Positions 40,214-48,303 of a DNA stretch of 64,000 nt are shown piece after piece; the first letter of the stretch is position 1; every line of letters starts with the position of its first letter. Source of the stretch: an uncultured Actinomycetes bacterium (lineage in GTDB: Bacteria > Actinomycetota > Thermoleophilia > Gaiellales > JAICJC01). The translations under genes and the position numbers were made by a program. The DNA lies in contig CAVXEE010000007.1 in NCBI GenBank assembly GCA_963760755.1, forward strand, positions 434,459 through 498,458, read 5' to 3'. Below the pieces are notes generated by a model. It was not told the DNA's origin and searched no databases. It worked only from the letters and a program-made list of their open reading frames with translations.

Positions 40214-42130
40214 ATGCGCCCCCGGCCGCTCCGAACGATGCTCCTCGCCTGCGCGTGCAGCCTCGCGGCCGCGGCGGGCGCCGCTCCGGCGGACGCCTCG
40301 CAGGTCGCCACCGTGGCCGACACGCAGCCGGCGTGGGCCAACCCCGCCAACCTCGCCCAGCCCGCCGCCGCCGGCGACCGGATGGTGTTCTCGGTGTGGC
40401 TCGGCTGGCACAACACCGCCGACCTGAACGGCATGCTGCAGGCCCAGTACGACCCCACGTCGCCCTGGTACCACCGCTGGCTCTCGCCCGATGCGTTCCA
40501 TGCCCGCTACTCGCCCTCGCAGAGCCAGGTCGCAGCGGTGCGCTCGTGGCTGACCGACGCCGGCTTCGACATCGTGGACGTCCCCGACAACCGCCTGTTC
40601 GTGACCGCGTCGGGCACGGTCGCAGACGTCGAGCGCACCTTCGACGTCTCGGAGAACATGTACCGGATCGACGGGACGACGGTGCGCGCGCCGGACGGCG
40701 ACCCGGCCGTGCCCGCGGCCATCGCCCGCGACGTGCGCGCGATCACCGGGCTCGACGGCTCGCTCGCGCTGGCGACGCCCGACCACAACTCCCCCGCCCC
40801 GCCGCCGCCGGCGGGGACGTCGGTCGGCCCCTGCTCGCACTACTGGGGCGAGCACACGTCGACGCAGTTCACCAACCCGTACGCGCCGGGGACGCCGCTG
40901 CCGTGGCTGATCTGCGGGTACACGCCGGCCCAGATCGACTCGGCCTACGGCATCGGCCGGCTGCGCGCCTTCGGCCTCGACGGCCGCGGCCAGACGATCG
41001 CGATCACCGGCGCGTTCTTCTCGCCCACCATCCGCCAGGACGCCGAGAGCTTCTCGCGCCAGTTCGGCCTGCCGCCGCTGCACGGGTGGGATTACCGCGA
41101 GCTGGTCGCGCCCGGCACGCGGCAGTACCCGCAGGACCCGGCCGAGACGCAGAGCTGGTACATCGAGCAGGCTCTCGACGTCGAGTGGGCGCACGCGGTG
41201 GCGCCCGGCGCCCGGATCGTGTACGTCGGCGCCGCCAACGACGCCGGCGGGCTCGACCAGGCGGTCAACGAGGTCGTCGACCACCACCTGGCGAACATCG
41301 TCTCGAACAGCTGGGGCCTGCCCGAGTCGCTCGCGCCGCGGGGCGAGATCCTGGCCATGAACGCCGTCTTCCAGCAGGCCGCGGCCGAGGGCATCGGCGT
41401 CTACTTCGCCTCCGGCGATGACGGCGACAACCGCGCCGCGGCCGGGAAGGTGTCGGCGGGCTTCCCCGACTCGAGCCCATGGGTGACGTCGGTCGGCGGC
41501 ACGAGCCTCGCGATCGGCCGCGACGGCAGCTACCAGTGGGAGTCCGGCTGGGGGACGACGACGACCGACTGGAGCGGCACGGCGTGGTCGCCCCGGGCGC
41601 CGGGCGACTTCATGTACGGGTCGGGCGGCGGCGCGAGTCACGTCTTCCCGATGCCGTCCTACCAGGTCGGCGTCGTCCCGGCGGCGCTCGCGACGTGGAA
41701 GGGCGTCGCCCGCCGGGCCGAGCCCGACATCGCCATGGACGCCGACCCCCAGACCGGCGTCACGTTCGCCCAGACCTACGTGCAGCCGAACGGCCGCCGC
41801 CAGATCATCGACTCGTGGATCGGCGGCACCAGCCTGGCGGCGCCGCTGGCCGCCGGGGTGATGGCGCTCTCCGACCAGTGGAGCGGCCACCCGCACGGGT
41901 TCGTGAACCCTGCGCTCTACCGCCTCGGCGGCACCGGCGCCCTGCGCGACGTGATCGGCGGGCACCGGTCGATCGGGGTGCTGCGAAACGCGCTCACACC
42001 GACGGGCGCAATCGTCACCCGGCTGCGCTCGTTCGACCGCGACAGCTCGCTCGCGGCGGCCGCCGGCTGGGATCCCGTCACCGGGCTCGGCTCGCTGAAC
42101 GTGCCGAACCTGCTCGCAGCGCTCAGATGA
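40214..42130 (+). CDS. S53 (sedolisin/kumamolisin-like) serine peptidase with pro-domain, secreted
   Basis: Signal peptide MRPRPLRTMLLACACSLAAAAGAAPA. The pro-kumamolisin activation region reads ..F.V.L......L......YDP.SP.YH.WLSP..F. The catalytic motifs are FASGDDGD and WIGGTSLAAPLAAG. Confidence 0.85.
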   Translation: MRPRPLRTMLLACACSLAAAAGAAPADASQVATVADTQPAWANPANLAQPAAAGDRMVFSVWLGWHNTADLNGMLQAQYDPTSPWYHRWLSPDAFHARYSPSQSQVAAVRSWLTDAGFDIVDVPDNRLFVTASGTVADVERTFDVSENMYRIDGTTVRAPDGDPAVPAAIARDVRAITGLDGSLALATPDHNSPAPPPPAGTSVGPCSHYWGEHTSTQFTNPYAPGTPLPWLICGYTPAQIDSAYGIGRLRAFGLDGRGQTIAITGAFFSPTIRQDAESFSRQFGLPPLHGWDYRELVAPGTRQYPQDPAETQSWYIEQALDVEWAHAVAPGARIVYVGAANDAGGLDQAVNEVVDHHLANIVSNSWGLPESLAPRGEILAMNAVFQQAAAEGIGVYFASGDDGDNRAAAGKVSAGFPDSSPWVTSVGGTSLAIGRDGSYQWESGWGTTTTDWSGTAWSPRAPGDFMYGSGGGASHVFPMPSYQVGVVPAALATWKGVARRAEPDIAMDADPQTGVTFAQTYVQPNGRRQIIDSWIGGTSLAAPLAAGVMALSDQWSGHPHGFVNPALYRLGGTGALRDVIGGHRSIGVLRNALTPTGAIVTRLRSFDRDSSLAAAAGWDPVTGLGSLNVPNLLAALR

Positions 42131-42575
42131 TCTGGACGCGGTGCGCGTCGCGCTGGACGCAGGCCAGCCGGTCGCAGCGCTCGTTCAGCTCGATGTTGCT
42201 GTGCCCCTTGTGCCATTGCCACGTGACCTGGTGTGCGGCGACGAGCTCGTCGAGGCGCACCCACAGGTCCGGGTTCTTGACGGGCTTCCCGGCGGCAGTC
42301 TTCCAGCCGCGCCGCTTCCACCTCTCGATCCAGCCCTGGGTGAACGCGTGCATGACGTAGGTGGAGTCGACGTTCACGGTGACGGCGCAACGTGTGCGCA
42401 ACGCCGCGAGGCCCTCGATGACGGCGGTCAGCTCCATGCGATTGTTCGTCGTCTCGGGCACGCCGCCCGAGAGCTCCCGAAGGTGGTCTCCGGAGTGCAG
42501 GATCGCCGCCCAGCCGCCGGGGCCGCCGGGGTTCCCGGCGCAGGCACCATCCGTCCAGAGGTCGACGCTCACCAT
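42123..42575 (-). CDS. rnhA: ribonuclease HI
   Basis: LWTDGACAGNPGGPGGWAAIL, TNNRMEL, VDSTYV and WQWHKGHS. ATG at 42575. Confidence 0.9.
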   Translation of the reverse strand: MVSVDLWTDGACAGNPGGPGGWAAILHSGDHLRELSGGVPETTNNRMELTAVIEGLAALRTRCAVTVNVDSTYVMHAFTQGWIERWKRRGWKTAAGKPVKNPDLWVRLDELVAAHQVTWQWHKGHSNIELNERCDRLACVQRDAHRVQII

Positions 42576-42647
42576 CAGCCGCGTGATCCTCGCCGATGCG
42601 GCGGACGGATCGCGCGGGCCGTGGAACCGATCATCTAGGCTGAGCGC

Positions 42648-43526
42648 CTGCGCGTCTGCTCCCTGCTTCCAAGCGCCACCGAGATCGTCGCCGAGCTCGG
42701 CTGCACCGACCTCCTCGTCGGCCGCTCGGCCGAGTGCGACCACCCGCCGGCCGTGGCCGCCCTCCCCGTCGTCACCGCCGCCCGCATCGACTCCTCCATG
42801 CTCTCGAGCGACGCGATCGACGCCGCCGTGCGCGAGGCCGTGCTCGACGGGCAGGCGCTCTACGCGCTTGACGAGGCCCTGATCGCGCGGCTCGCGCCCG
42901 ACGTGGTCATCACGCAGGACCTGTGCCGCGTATGCGCAGTCTCGAGCGACGACGTGCGGCGCGTGTCGAGCCTGGCTGCCGACGTGCTCGCGCTCGACCC
43001 GCACACGCTCGCGGAGCTGGCGGAGTCGGTGCGGACGGTGGCCCGGCGGCTGGGCGTCGCCGAGCGCGGCGAGCACGTGGCCGCCGCCATGGAGGGGCGG
43101 ATCGAGGCGACCCGGCGGGCGGTCGCGGGCGCCGATCCGGTGCGGGTGTTCGTGGCCGAGTGGCTCGACCCGCCGTTCGCGGCCGGGCACTGGCTGCCCG
43201 AGATGGTGACCGCCGCCGGCGGGATCGAGGTGCTCGGCCGGGCGGGCGAGCCCTCGTACCCGACCACGTGGGATGCCGTCGCAGCCGCGGAGCCCGAGGT
43301 GATCGTCGCGGCCGCCTGCGGGTTCGACGCCGCCAGGATCGCGGCCGAGGCGGCCGGGCTCGCGTTCCCCTGCCGCACGGTCGCCGTCGACGCGAACGCG
43401 TACTACTCGCGGCCGGCGCCAAGGCTGGCGGACGGCGTCGTCCAGCTCGCCCATCTCCTCCACCCCGGCGCCGTCCCCGACCCCGGCCTGCCCTGCATCG
43501 AGCTCGAGGCGGCGTGGACGAGGTAG
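42648..43526 (+). CDS. BtuF/FhuD-type (class 8) periplasmic-binding-fold protein without a signal peptide; apparent CTG start
   Basis: The conserved-type N-terminus (L)RVCSLLPSATEIVAELGCTDLLVGRSAECDHPP lies upstream of the first GTG (42753). It is bounded by the in-frame TAG at 42636-42638. CTG 42648 is the only candidate initiator in between. Confidence 0.65.
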   Translation: MRVCSLLPSATEIVAELGCTDLLVGRSAECDHPPAVAALPVVTAARIDSSMLSSDAIDAAVREAVLDGQALYALDEALIARLAPDVVITQDLCRVCAVSSDDVRRVSSLAADVLALDPHTLAELAESVRTVARRLGVAERGEHVAAAMEGRIEATRRAVAGADPVRVFVAEWLDPPFAAGHWLPEMVTAAGGIEVLGRAGEPSYPTTWDAVAAAEPEVIVAAACGFDAARIAAEAAGLAFPCRTVAVDANAYYSRPAPRLADGVVQLAHLLHPGAVPDPGLPCIELEAAWTR

Positions 43527-44620
43527 CCGCCCTGCTCACGCAGCTGGTCGCGATCGACTCGGTCAACCCCGACCTCGTGCCCGGCGGGGCGGGCGAGGCC
43601 GAGATCGCCGCCTTCGCGTCCGGCTGGCTGGCGCGGGCCGGACTCGAGTCAGAGATCCAGGAGGTGGCGCCGGGGCGGGCCAACGTGGTCGCACGCGTGC
43701 CCGGGACCGGCGGCGGCCGTTCGCTGCTCCTGAACGCACACATGGACGTGGTCGGCGTCGAGGGCATGCGCGACCCGTTCTCGCCCCGCATCGACGCCGG
43801 CCGGCTGTACGGCCGGGGCGGCTTCGACATGAAGGGCGGCCTGGCGGCGATCATGCTCGCCGGGGCCCGCCTCGCCGGTGCCGGTCTGTGCGGCGACGTG
43901 ATCGTGACCGCCGTGTGCGACGAGGAGTACGCGAGCATCGGCTGCGAGGCCCTGGCCGCGAGCGTGTGGGCCGACGCGGCGATCGTCACCGAGCCGACCG
44001 GCCTGCAGGTGTGCGTCGCCCACAAGGGGTTCCTGTGGCTCGAGGTCGAGACGACCGGGGTCGCGGCGCACGGGTCGCGGCCCGACCTGGGCATCGACGC
44101 GATCGCGGCCATGGGCGGCGTGCTCACGGGCGTCGAGCGGCTGGCGGCCGCGCTCGCGGCGGGCCGCGCCCACCCCCTGCTCGGGCCGGGATCCGTCCAC
44201 GCCTCGCTGATCGAGGGCGGCCGCGAGCTCTCGAGCTACCCCGATCGCTGCCGCCTGGCGCTCGAGCGGCGCACGATCCCGGGCGAGACGCGTGCGCAGG
44301 TCGAGGCCGAGGTGCGGGCGCTCGCAGGCGACGCCACGGTGCGCACGACGTTCGAGCGGCCGCCGTTCGAGGTCGACCCGGCCGCGCCCATCGTCGCCGC
44401 CGTCCGCAGCCACGCCGCCGCGGTGTGCGGCGCCGACCCGGCGGTGGTCGGCCACAGCGCGTGGATGGACGCGGCCGTGCTCTCGGCGGCGGGCATCCCG
44501 ACGGTCGTCTTCGGCCCGGCCGGCGCGGGCGCGCACGCGACCGAGGAGTGGGTCGACCTGGCCTCGGTCGCGGCGTGCGCGGACGTGCTCGAGGCCGTCG
44601 CCCGCGACTTCTGCGCGTAG
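43514..44620 (+). CDS. M20 family metallopeptidase (ArgE/DapE/acetylornithine deacetylase-like)
   Basis: LLLNAHMDVV, GRGGFDMKGG, CDEEY, AHGSRP and the C-terminal EW. GTG at 43514. Confidence 0.85.
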   Translation: MDEVAALLTQLVAIDSVNPDLVPGGAGEAEIAAFASGWLARAGLESEIQEVAPGRANVVARVPGTGGGRSLLLNAHMDVVGVEGMRDPFSPRIDAGRLYGRGGFDMKGGLAAIMLAGARLAGAGLCGDVIVTAVCDEEYASIGCEALAASVWADAAIVTEPTGLQVCVAHKGFLWLEVETTGVAAHGSRPDLGIDAIAAMGGVLTGVERLAAALAAGRAHPLLGPGSVHASLIEGGRELSSYPDRCRLALERRTIPGETRAQVEAEVRALAGDATVRTTFERPPFEVDPAAPIVAAVRSHAAAVCGADPAVVGHSAWMDAAVLSAAGIPTVVFGPAGAGAHATEEWVDLASVAACADVLEAVARDFCA

Positions 44621-44630
44621 CCGACCGCGC

Positions 44631-45278
44631 TCAGGCGATCGTCCACGTCCAGGTCGCGGCGGCGGTGAGCGCGCCGTCGGCGTCCGCGGCCTGCACCTGG
44701 AAGGTGTGGGTGCCGGTCGCGAGCCCCGCATACGCGGCCGATCCGGCGCAGTCGGCGAGCGCACCGCCGTCGAGCCGGCACCGGAACGCGTGGAAGGCGG
44801 GGTGCGTGAAGGTGAACGCCGCCGTCCTCTGCGTCGTCCCCGAGACCGGGCCGGACGTGATCGCCGGGGCGGCGCTCGAGACTCTGATCGACGCGGTCGG
44901 GGCGCTGGCGGGGCCGGCCCAGCCGTTCACCTGGGCGGTGACCGTGTAGGTCGCCTTCCCGTCGGGAATGCCCGTCAGGACGCACGCGGCCGCCGTGGTC
45001 GTGCACACGACGGTGTCGGACGCGGTCGCATGGCGCGCAACCGCGTAGGCCACGCCGGCCGCGGCCGGGACGGCCAGCGGTGTCCACATCACCGTGAACG
45101 TGGTCGTGGCCACGGTGTTTCGGACGGACGTGTCCACACCGTCGACGCCGGCGAGGCTCCCGGTGGCGGCGAGCCCCGGCCCGGCGCCGCCGGCCGACCA
45201 GTAGGCGCCGGCGCCGGCGGCCGCGACGAGGGCGGCCGCGGACACGGCCAGCATGCTGACGAGCGCCCGGCCGATCAC
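44631..45278 (-). CDS. secreted protein A of the YW-motif operon (N-terminal AYWS motif plus FN3-like and Ig-like domains)
   Basis: GTG 45278 overlaps the upstream stop (GTGA). VIGRALVSMLAVSAAALVAAAGAGAYWSAGGAGPG comes first. Then YAVARH...C.....C.LTGIPDGKATYTVTAQVNGWAGPAS (FN3-like). Then TAAFTFTHPAFHAFRCRLDGGALADCAGSAAYAGLATGTHTFQVQAAD (Ig-like repeat type). Confidence 0.55.
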   Translation of the reverse strand: MIGRALVSMLAVSAAALVAAAGAGAYWSAGGAGPGLAATGSLAGVDGVDTSVRNTVATTTFTVMWTPLAVPAAAGVAYAVARHATASDTVVCTTTAAACVLTGIPDGKATYTVTAQVNGWAGPASAPTASIRVSSAAPAITSGPVSGTTQRTAAFTFTHPAFHAFRCRLDGGALADCAGSAAYAGLATGTHTFQVQAADADGALTAAATWTWTIA

Positions 45279-45736
45279 AGCGCCGCCTTCAGATAGACGT
45301 GCACGGCGAGGCCCTGGCACGAGGCCGGCGCCGAGGCCGCCATCGCCAGCGAGTCGCGCAGGTCGAGGTCGATGGTCGCGCCGGCCGGCACATCCCAGCC
45401 GCCTGTCGCCGGGACGAAGGTGAGTCCGCACCCGGCGGCGTTGGCCGAGAAGCCGCCGCTTGCCGCCGCGGTGTCGAGCACGAGCGCCGCCACGTGCACG
45501 CCGTAGGTGTTCGGGTTCGTGACCGCCACGGCGACGTCGCCCATCGCCTGCCCGGTCGGATAGAGCGCCTGCGTGGCCGCGGTGCCCGGCGCGATCGTGA
45601 CCGGCTGCGGCGATGCGGCCGTGGCGGCGGCGGTGCCCGCGCCGTTCGTCCAGTAGGCATACGCGGCCGGGGCAGCGGCGAGCAGCGCCCCGGCGAGCGT
45701 GGCGGCGAGCGCCGCGCGGACGGTGCGGGTGCTCAT
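45275..45736 (-). CDS. small secreted protein B of the YW-motif operon
   Basis: MSTRTVRAALAATLAGALLAAAPAAYAYWTNGAGTAAATAAS. It has a Cys pair (AAGCGLTF ... ASCQGLAVHVYL). 153 aa. The ATG overlaps the upstream stop (ATGA). Confidence 0.55.
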   Translation of the reverse strand: MSTRTVRAALAATLAGALLAAAPAAYAYWTNGAGTAAATAASPQPVTIAPGTAATQALYPTGQAMGDVAVAVTNPNTYGVHVAALVLDTAAASGGFSANAAGCGLTFVPATGGWDVPAGATIDLDLRDSLAMAASAPASCQGLAVHVYLKAAL

Positions 45737-46215
45737 CGGGCCCTCCTCGCCGTCGCCGCATAGGCCAGGGCGACGTGCGCGCCCCAGCAGGCGGTCTGAT
45801 CCGATCGTGTGTCGAGCATCGCCACGCCGGGCCAGCGGGCGGCCGGGTAGCCGAGCTGGGCGAGCGTGCGGCTGCGGCCGGGGTGAAGCACGATCGAGAA
45901 GCGGCCGCGGAACGGCAGCGCCCGGAAGTTGCGCCGCGCCGCGCAGCCGCGCCCCGGCGTCACGCCGCGCACGGTGACGACGAGGCGGGTGATGCGAACC
46001 GCGAACGGGCGCCGGTCGGTGAGGCGCAGGTCGATCGGCACCCGCCGGCCCGGGACGAGCGCCCCGGACGGCCGGCCGGCGATGGCGACGCCAGGCCCGG
46101 CGGCCCGATGGGTGCCGCCCGCGGCGGCCGCGCCGCCGGCGGCCGCCGCGCCGGCGACGCAGACCGCGGCGACGACCGCCGCGCGGACGCGGGAGGTGGA
46201 GAGGAGGCGGCGCAT
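45733..46215 (-). CDS. small secreted protein C of the YW-motif operon (paralog lacking the YW motif)
   Basis: MRRLLSTSRVRAAVVAAVCVAGAAAAGG is the signal. The Cys pair is RGCAARRNF ... TACWGAHVALAY. 160 aa. Its start overlaps the gene D stop by 1 nt. Confidence 0.5.
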   Translation of the reverse strand: MRRLLSTSRVRAAVVAAVCVAGAAAAGGAAAAGGTHRAAGPGVAIAGRPSGALVPGRRVPIDLRLTDRRPFAVRITRLVVTVRGVTPGRGCAARRNFRALPFRGRFSIVLHPGRSRTLAQLGYPAARWPGVAMLDTRSDQTACWGAHVALAYAATARRAR

Positions 46216-46673
46216 CACGAGCTCGAGAGGGCGAGCGTGAGGGTCGCGCCCTTGCAGACGTCCTGGCTGACGCCGGTGTCGGCCATCTGCAGCGTGCCGG
46301 TGCCGGCGAGCGCGTACGCGCTGCTCGCGGCCGACACACGCGTGTTCGAGACGACGTCGGCCATGGTGAAGTCGGCGACGGCGCAGCCCGAGTGCGCGGC
46401 GTCGGCGGTCACGCCGTCGAGGTGGATGCGGGTCACCTGCAGGCTCGACGAGCCCGGGTTGTCGGCGGTGAACGAGACGGTGGCCGCGCCACCGGGGGCG
46501 AGCGCAGCCGCGGCGACACCGTGCAGCACGACGGTGCCGTTCGCCGAGGCCACCGTCGCCGTGCCGGTGCCTGCGCCGGTCGTCGTCCAGTAGCCGTAGG
46601 CGGCGCCCGAGGCGGCCAGGCAGGCGACGACGGCGAGCGCCGCAACGCGGCGCGGTCGGAGGAATGGGGACAT
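46215..46673 (-). CDS. small secreted protein D of the YW-motif operon
   Basis: MSPFLRPRRVAALAVVACLAASGAAYGYWTTTGAGTGTATVAS. The Cys pair is HSGCAVADF ... DVCKGATLTLAL. An AGGAG Shine-Dalgarno lies 10 nt upstream of ATG 46673. 152 aa. Confidence 0.55.
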   Translation of the reverse strand: MSPFLRPRRVAALAVVACLAASGAAYGYWTTTGAGTGTATVASANGTVVLHGVAAAALAPGGAATVSFTADNPGSSSLQVTRIHLDGVTADAAHSGCAVADFTMADVVSNTRVSAASSAYALAGTGTLQMADTGVSQDVCKGATLTLALSSS

Positions 46674-46710
46674 GATCGGGGGTCTCCTGATCGGATCGAT
46701 GGCCCGCGAC

Positions 46711-46746
46711 CCGGCCGTGCGCGGGGTGCAGCGGGCGCACGGCCGG
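46711..46746 (-). promoter_or_regulatory. strong hairpin in the 5' leader of the YW-motif operon
   Basis: CCGGCCGTGCGC (46711-46722), a 12-nt loop, then GCGCACGGCCGG (46735-46746), a 12-bp perfect stem. It lies 38-73 nt upstream of the first start codon, inside a 238-bp non-coding gap. Confidence 0.45.
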
Positions 46747-46911
46747 TGAGCGTGGGAGCCTCGGGGTACGAGGGCTTCGCGGATGGCCGCCGGCGGGGGA
46801 CTGCGGCCGATCCGGCGCCGGGAGAGGTGATCTCGGCGGCGCAATTCGAAGCATGGTCCGGACGCTCCTGTTGCGGTATCCCCGCCTCGCCGTATGCGGC
46901 CTACCGCAGGA

Positions 46912-48282
46912 TCAGGCCGGCGCCTGCGCGCCGCGGCGAAGCAGCGCGACGCACTCGATGTGGGGCGTGTGCGGGAACATGTCCAGCGGCCGCACGCGCT
47001 CGAGCTCGTAGCCCCCATCGACGAGCTGGCGCGCGTTCGGCGCGAACGTGGTCGGGTTGCACGACACGTACACGATGCGCTGCGGCGCGAGCTCGATCAC
47101 CCGCCGGACGGCCCTGGGAGTCAGCCCCGAGCGGGGCGGATCGACGAAGACGACGTCGGGCCGCGGCACGCGCTCGAGCAGCGGCCGCACGCTCTTGGCG
47201 ACGTCTCCGGCGACGAACTCGGCGTTGGCGATGCCGTTTCGCGCGGCGTTCCGGCGCGCGCTCGCGATCGACTCCGGCGAGATCTCGATCCCGTACACGG
47301 CCGCCGCCCCCGGCGCGGCCAGCAGGCCGATCGCGCCGGCGCCGCAGTAGAGATCCCACACGACGTCGTCGGGCCGCAGGGCGGCGAACTCGATCGCCAT
47401 CGCGTACAACCGCTCGGCCATCACCGTGTTGGTCTGCATGAACGCGCCCGCGCTCACCTGGAACTCGAGCCCGCCGATGCGCTCGCAGAACCAGTCCCGC
47501 CCGATCAGCACGGACTGCTCGTGGCCGGCGGCGACCTCGGCCACGCCGGCGTTCACCGCGTGCACCACGCCGACCACGCCCGCCGGCAGGAGCTCCGCCA
47601 GCCGGTCGACGCCGGGCAGCTCGCCCGGCGCGGTCACGAGCACCGCGAGCAGCTCGCCGGTGCGGACACCCTCGCGCACGACCAGATGGCGCAGGAGGCC
47701 CGACCCGCCGCGCTGGTCGTAGGCGGGCAGGCCGAGCTCGCGCGCCCACTGCACGAACGCCCGGCGCACGTCGTTTGAGGCATCCGAGGCGATGTGGCAG
47801 TGGTCGACGGCGATCAGCCGGTCCCAGCGGCCGAGCTGGTGGTAGCCGAGCGCGGGGCCGGCGCCGGTCTGCGACCACGAGTACTCGACCTTGTTGCGGT
47901 AGCCGTACAGCTGCCCGGCGGCGACCATCGGCTCGGTGGCGAATCCGGCGAACCCGCCCAGCCGCGTGAGCGCGTCCCCCACCTGGGCGCCCTTGTGCCG
48001 CACCTGCTCGGCGTAGTCGAGGTCCTGCCAGGCGCACCCGCCGCAGACGCCGAAGTGGGCGCAGCGCGGATCGACGCGGCCCGGGCCGGGCTCGAGCAGC
48101 TCGATCGCCTGGGCCTCGGCGTAGCGGCGCTTGAACTTCGTCACCCGGGCGCGGACGCGGTCGCCCGGGAGCGCGCGCGCCACGAACACGACGAGCTCGC
48201 CGTGACGGGCGACGCCGCGGCCGCCGTACGCGAGCGAGTCGATGCGCAGCTCGATCTCCTGATCCCTGGCCAGCACCGCCAC
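46912..48282 (-). CDS. 23S rRNA (uracil-5-)-methyltransferase, RlmD/RumA family
   Basis: TRAM domain (IDSLAYGGRGVARH...VFVARALPGDRV), Fe-S cysteines (C.HFGVCGGCAWQ), SAM motif DLYCGAGAIGL, DPPRSG and the catalytic YVSCNP. GTG at 48282. Confidence 0.85.
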   Translation of the reverse strand: MAVLARDQEIELRIDSLAYGGRGVARHGELVVFVARALPGDRVRARVTKFKRRYAEAQAIELLEPGPGRVDPRCAHFGVCGGCAWQDLDYAEQVRHKGAQVGDALTRLGGFAGFATEPMVAAGQLYGYRNKVEYSWSQTGAGPALGYHQLGRWDRLIAVDHCHIASDASNDVRRAFVQWARELGLPAYDQRGGSGLLRHLVVREGVRTGELLAVLVTAPGELPGVDRLAELLPAGVVGVVHAVNAGVAEVAAGHEQSVLIGRDWFCERIGGLEFQVSAGAFMQTNTVMAERLYAMAIEFAALRPDDVVWDLYCGAGAIGLLAAPGAAAVYGIEISPESIASARRNAARNGIANAEFVAGDVAKSVRPLLERVPRPDVVFVDPPRSGLTPRAVRRVIELAPQRIVYVSCNPTTFAPNARQLVDGGYELERVRPLDMFPHTPHIECVALLRRGAQAPA

Positions 48283-48303
48283 CCGACTAGTGTATGGGCG
48301 CAG

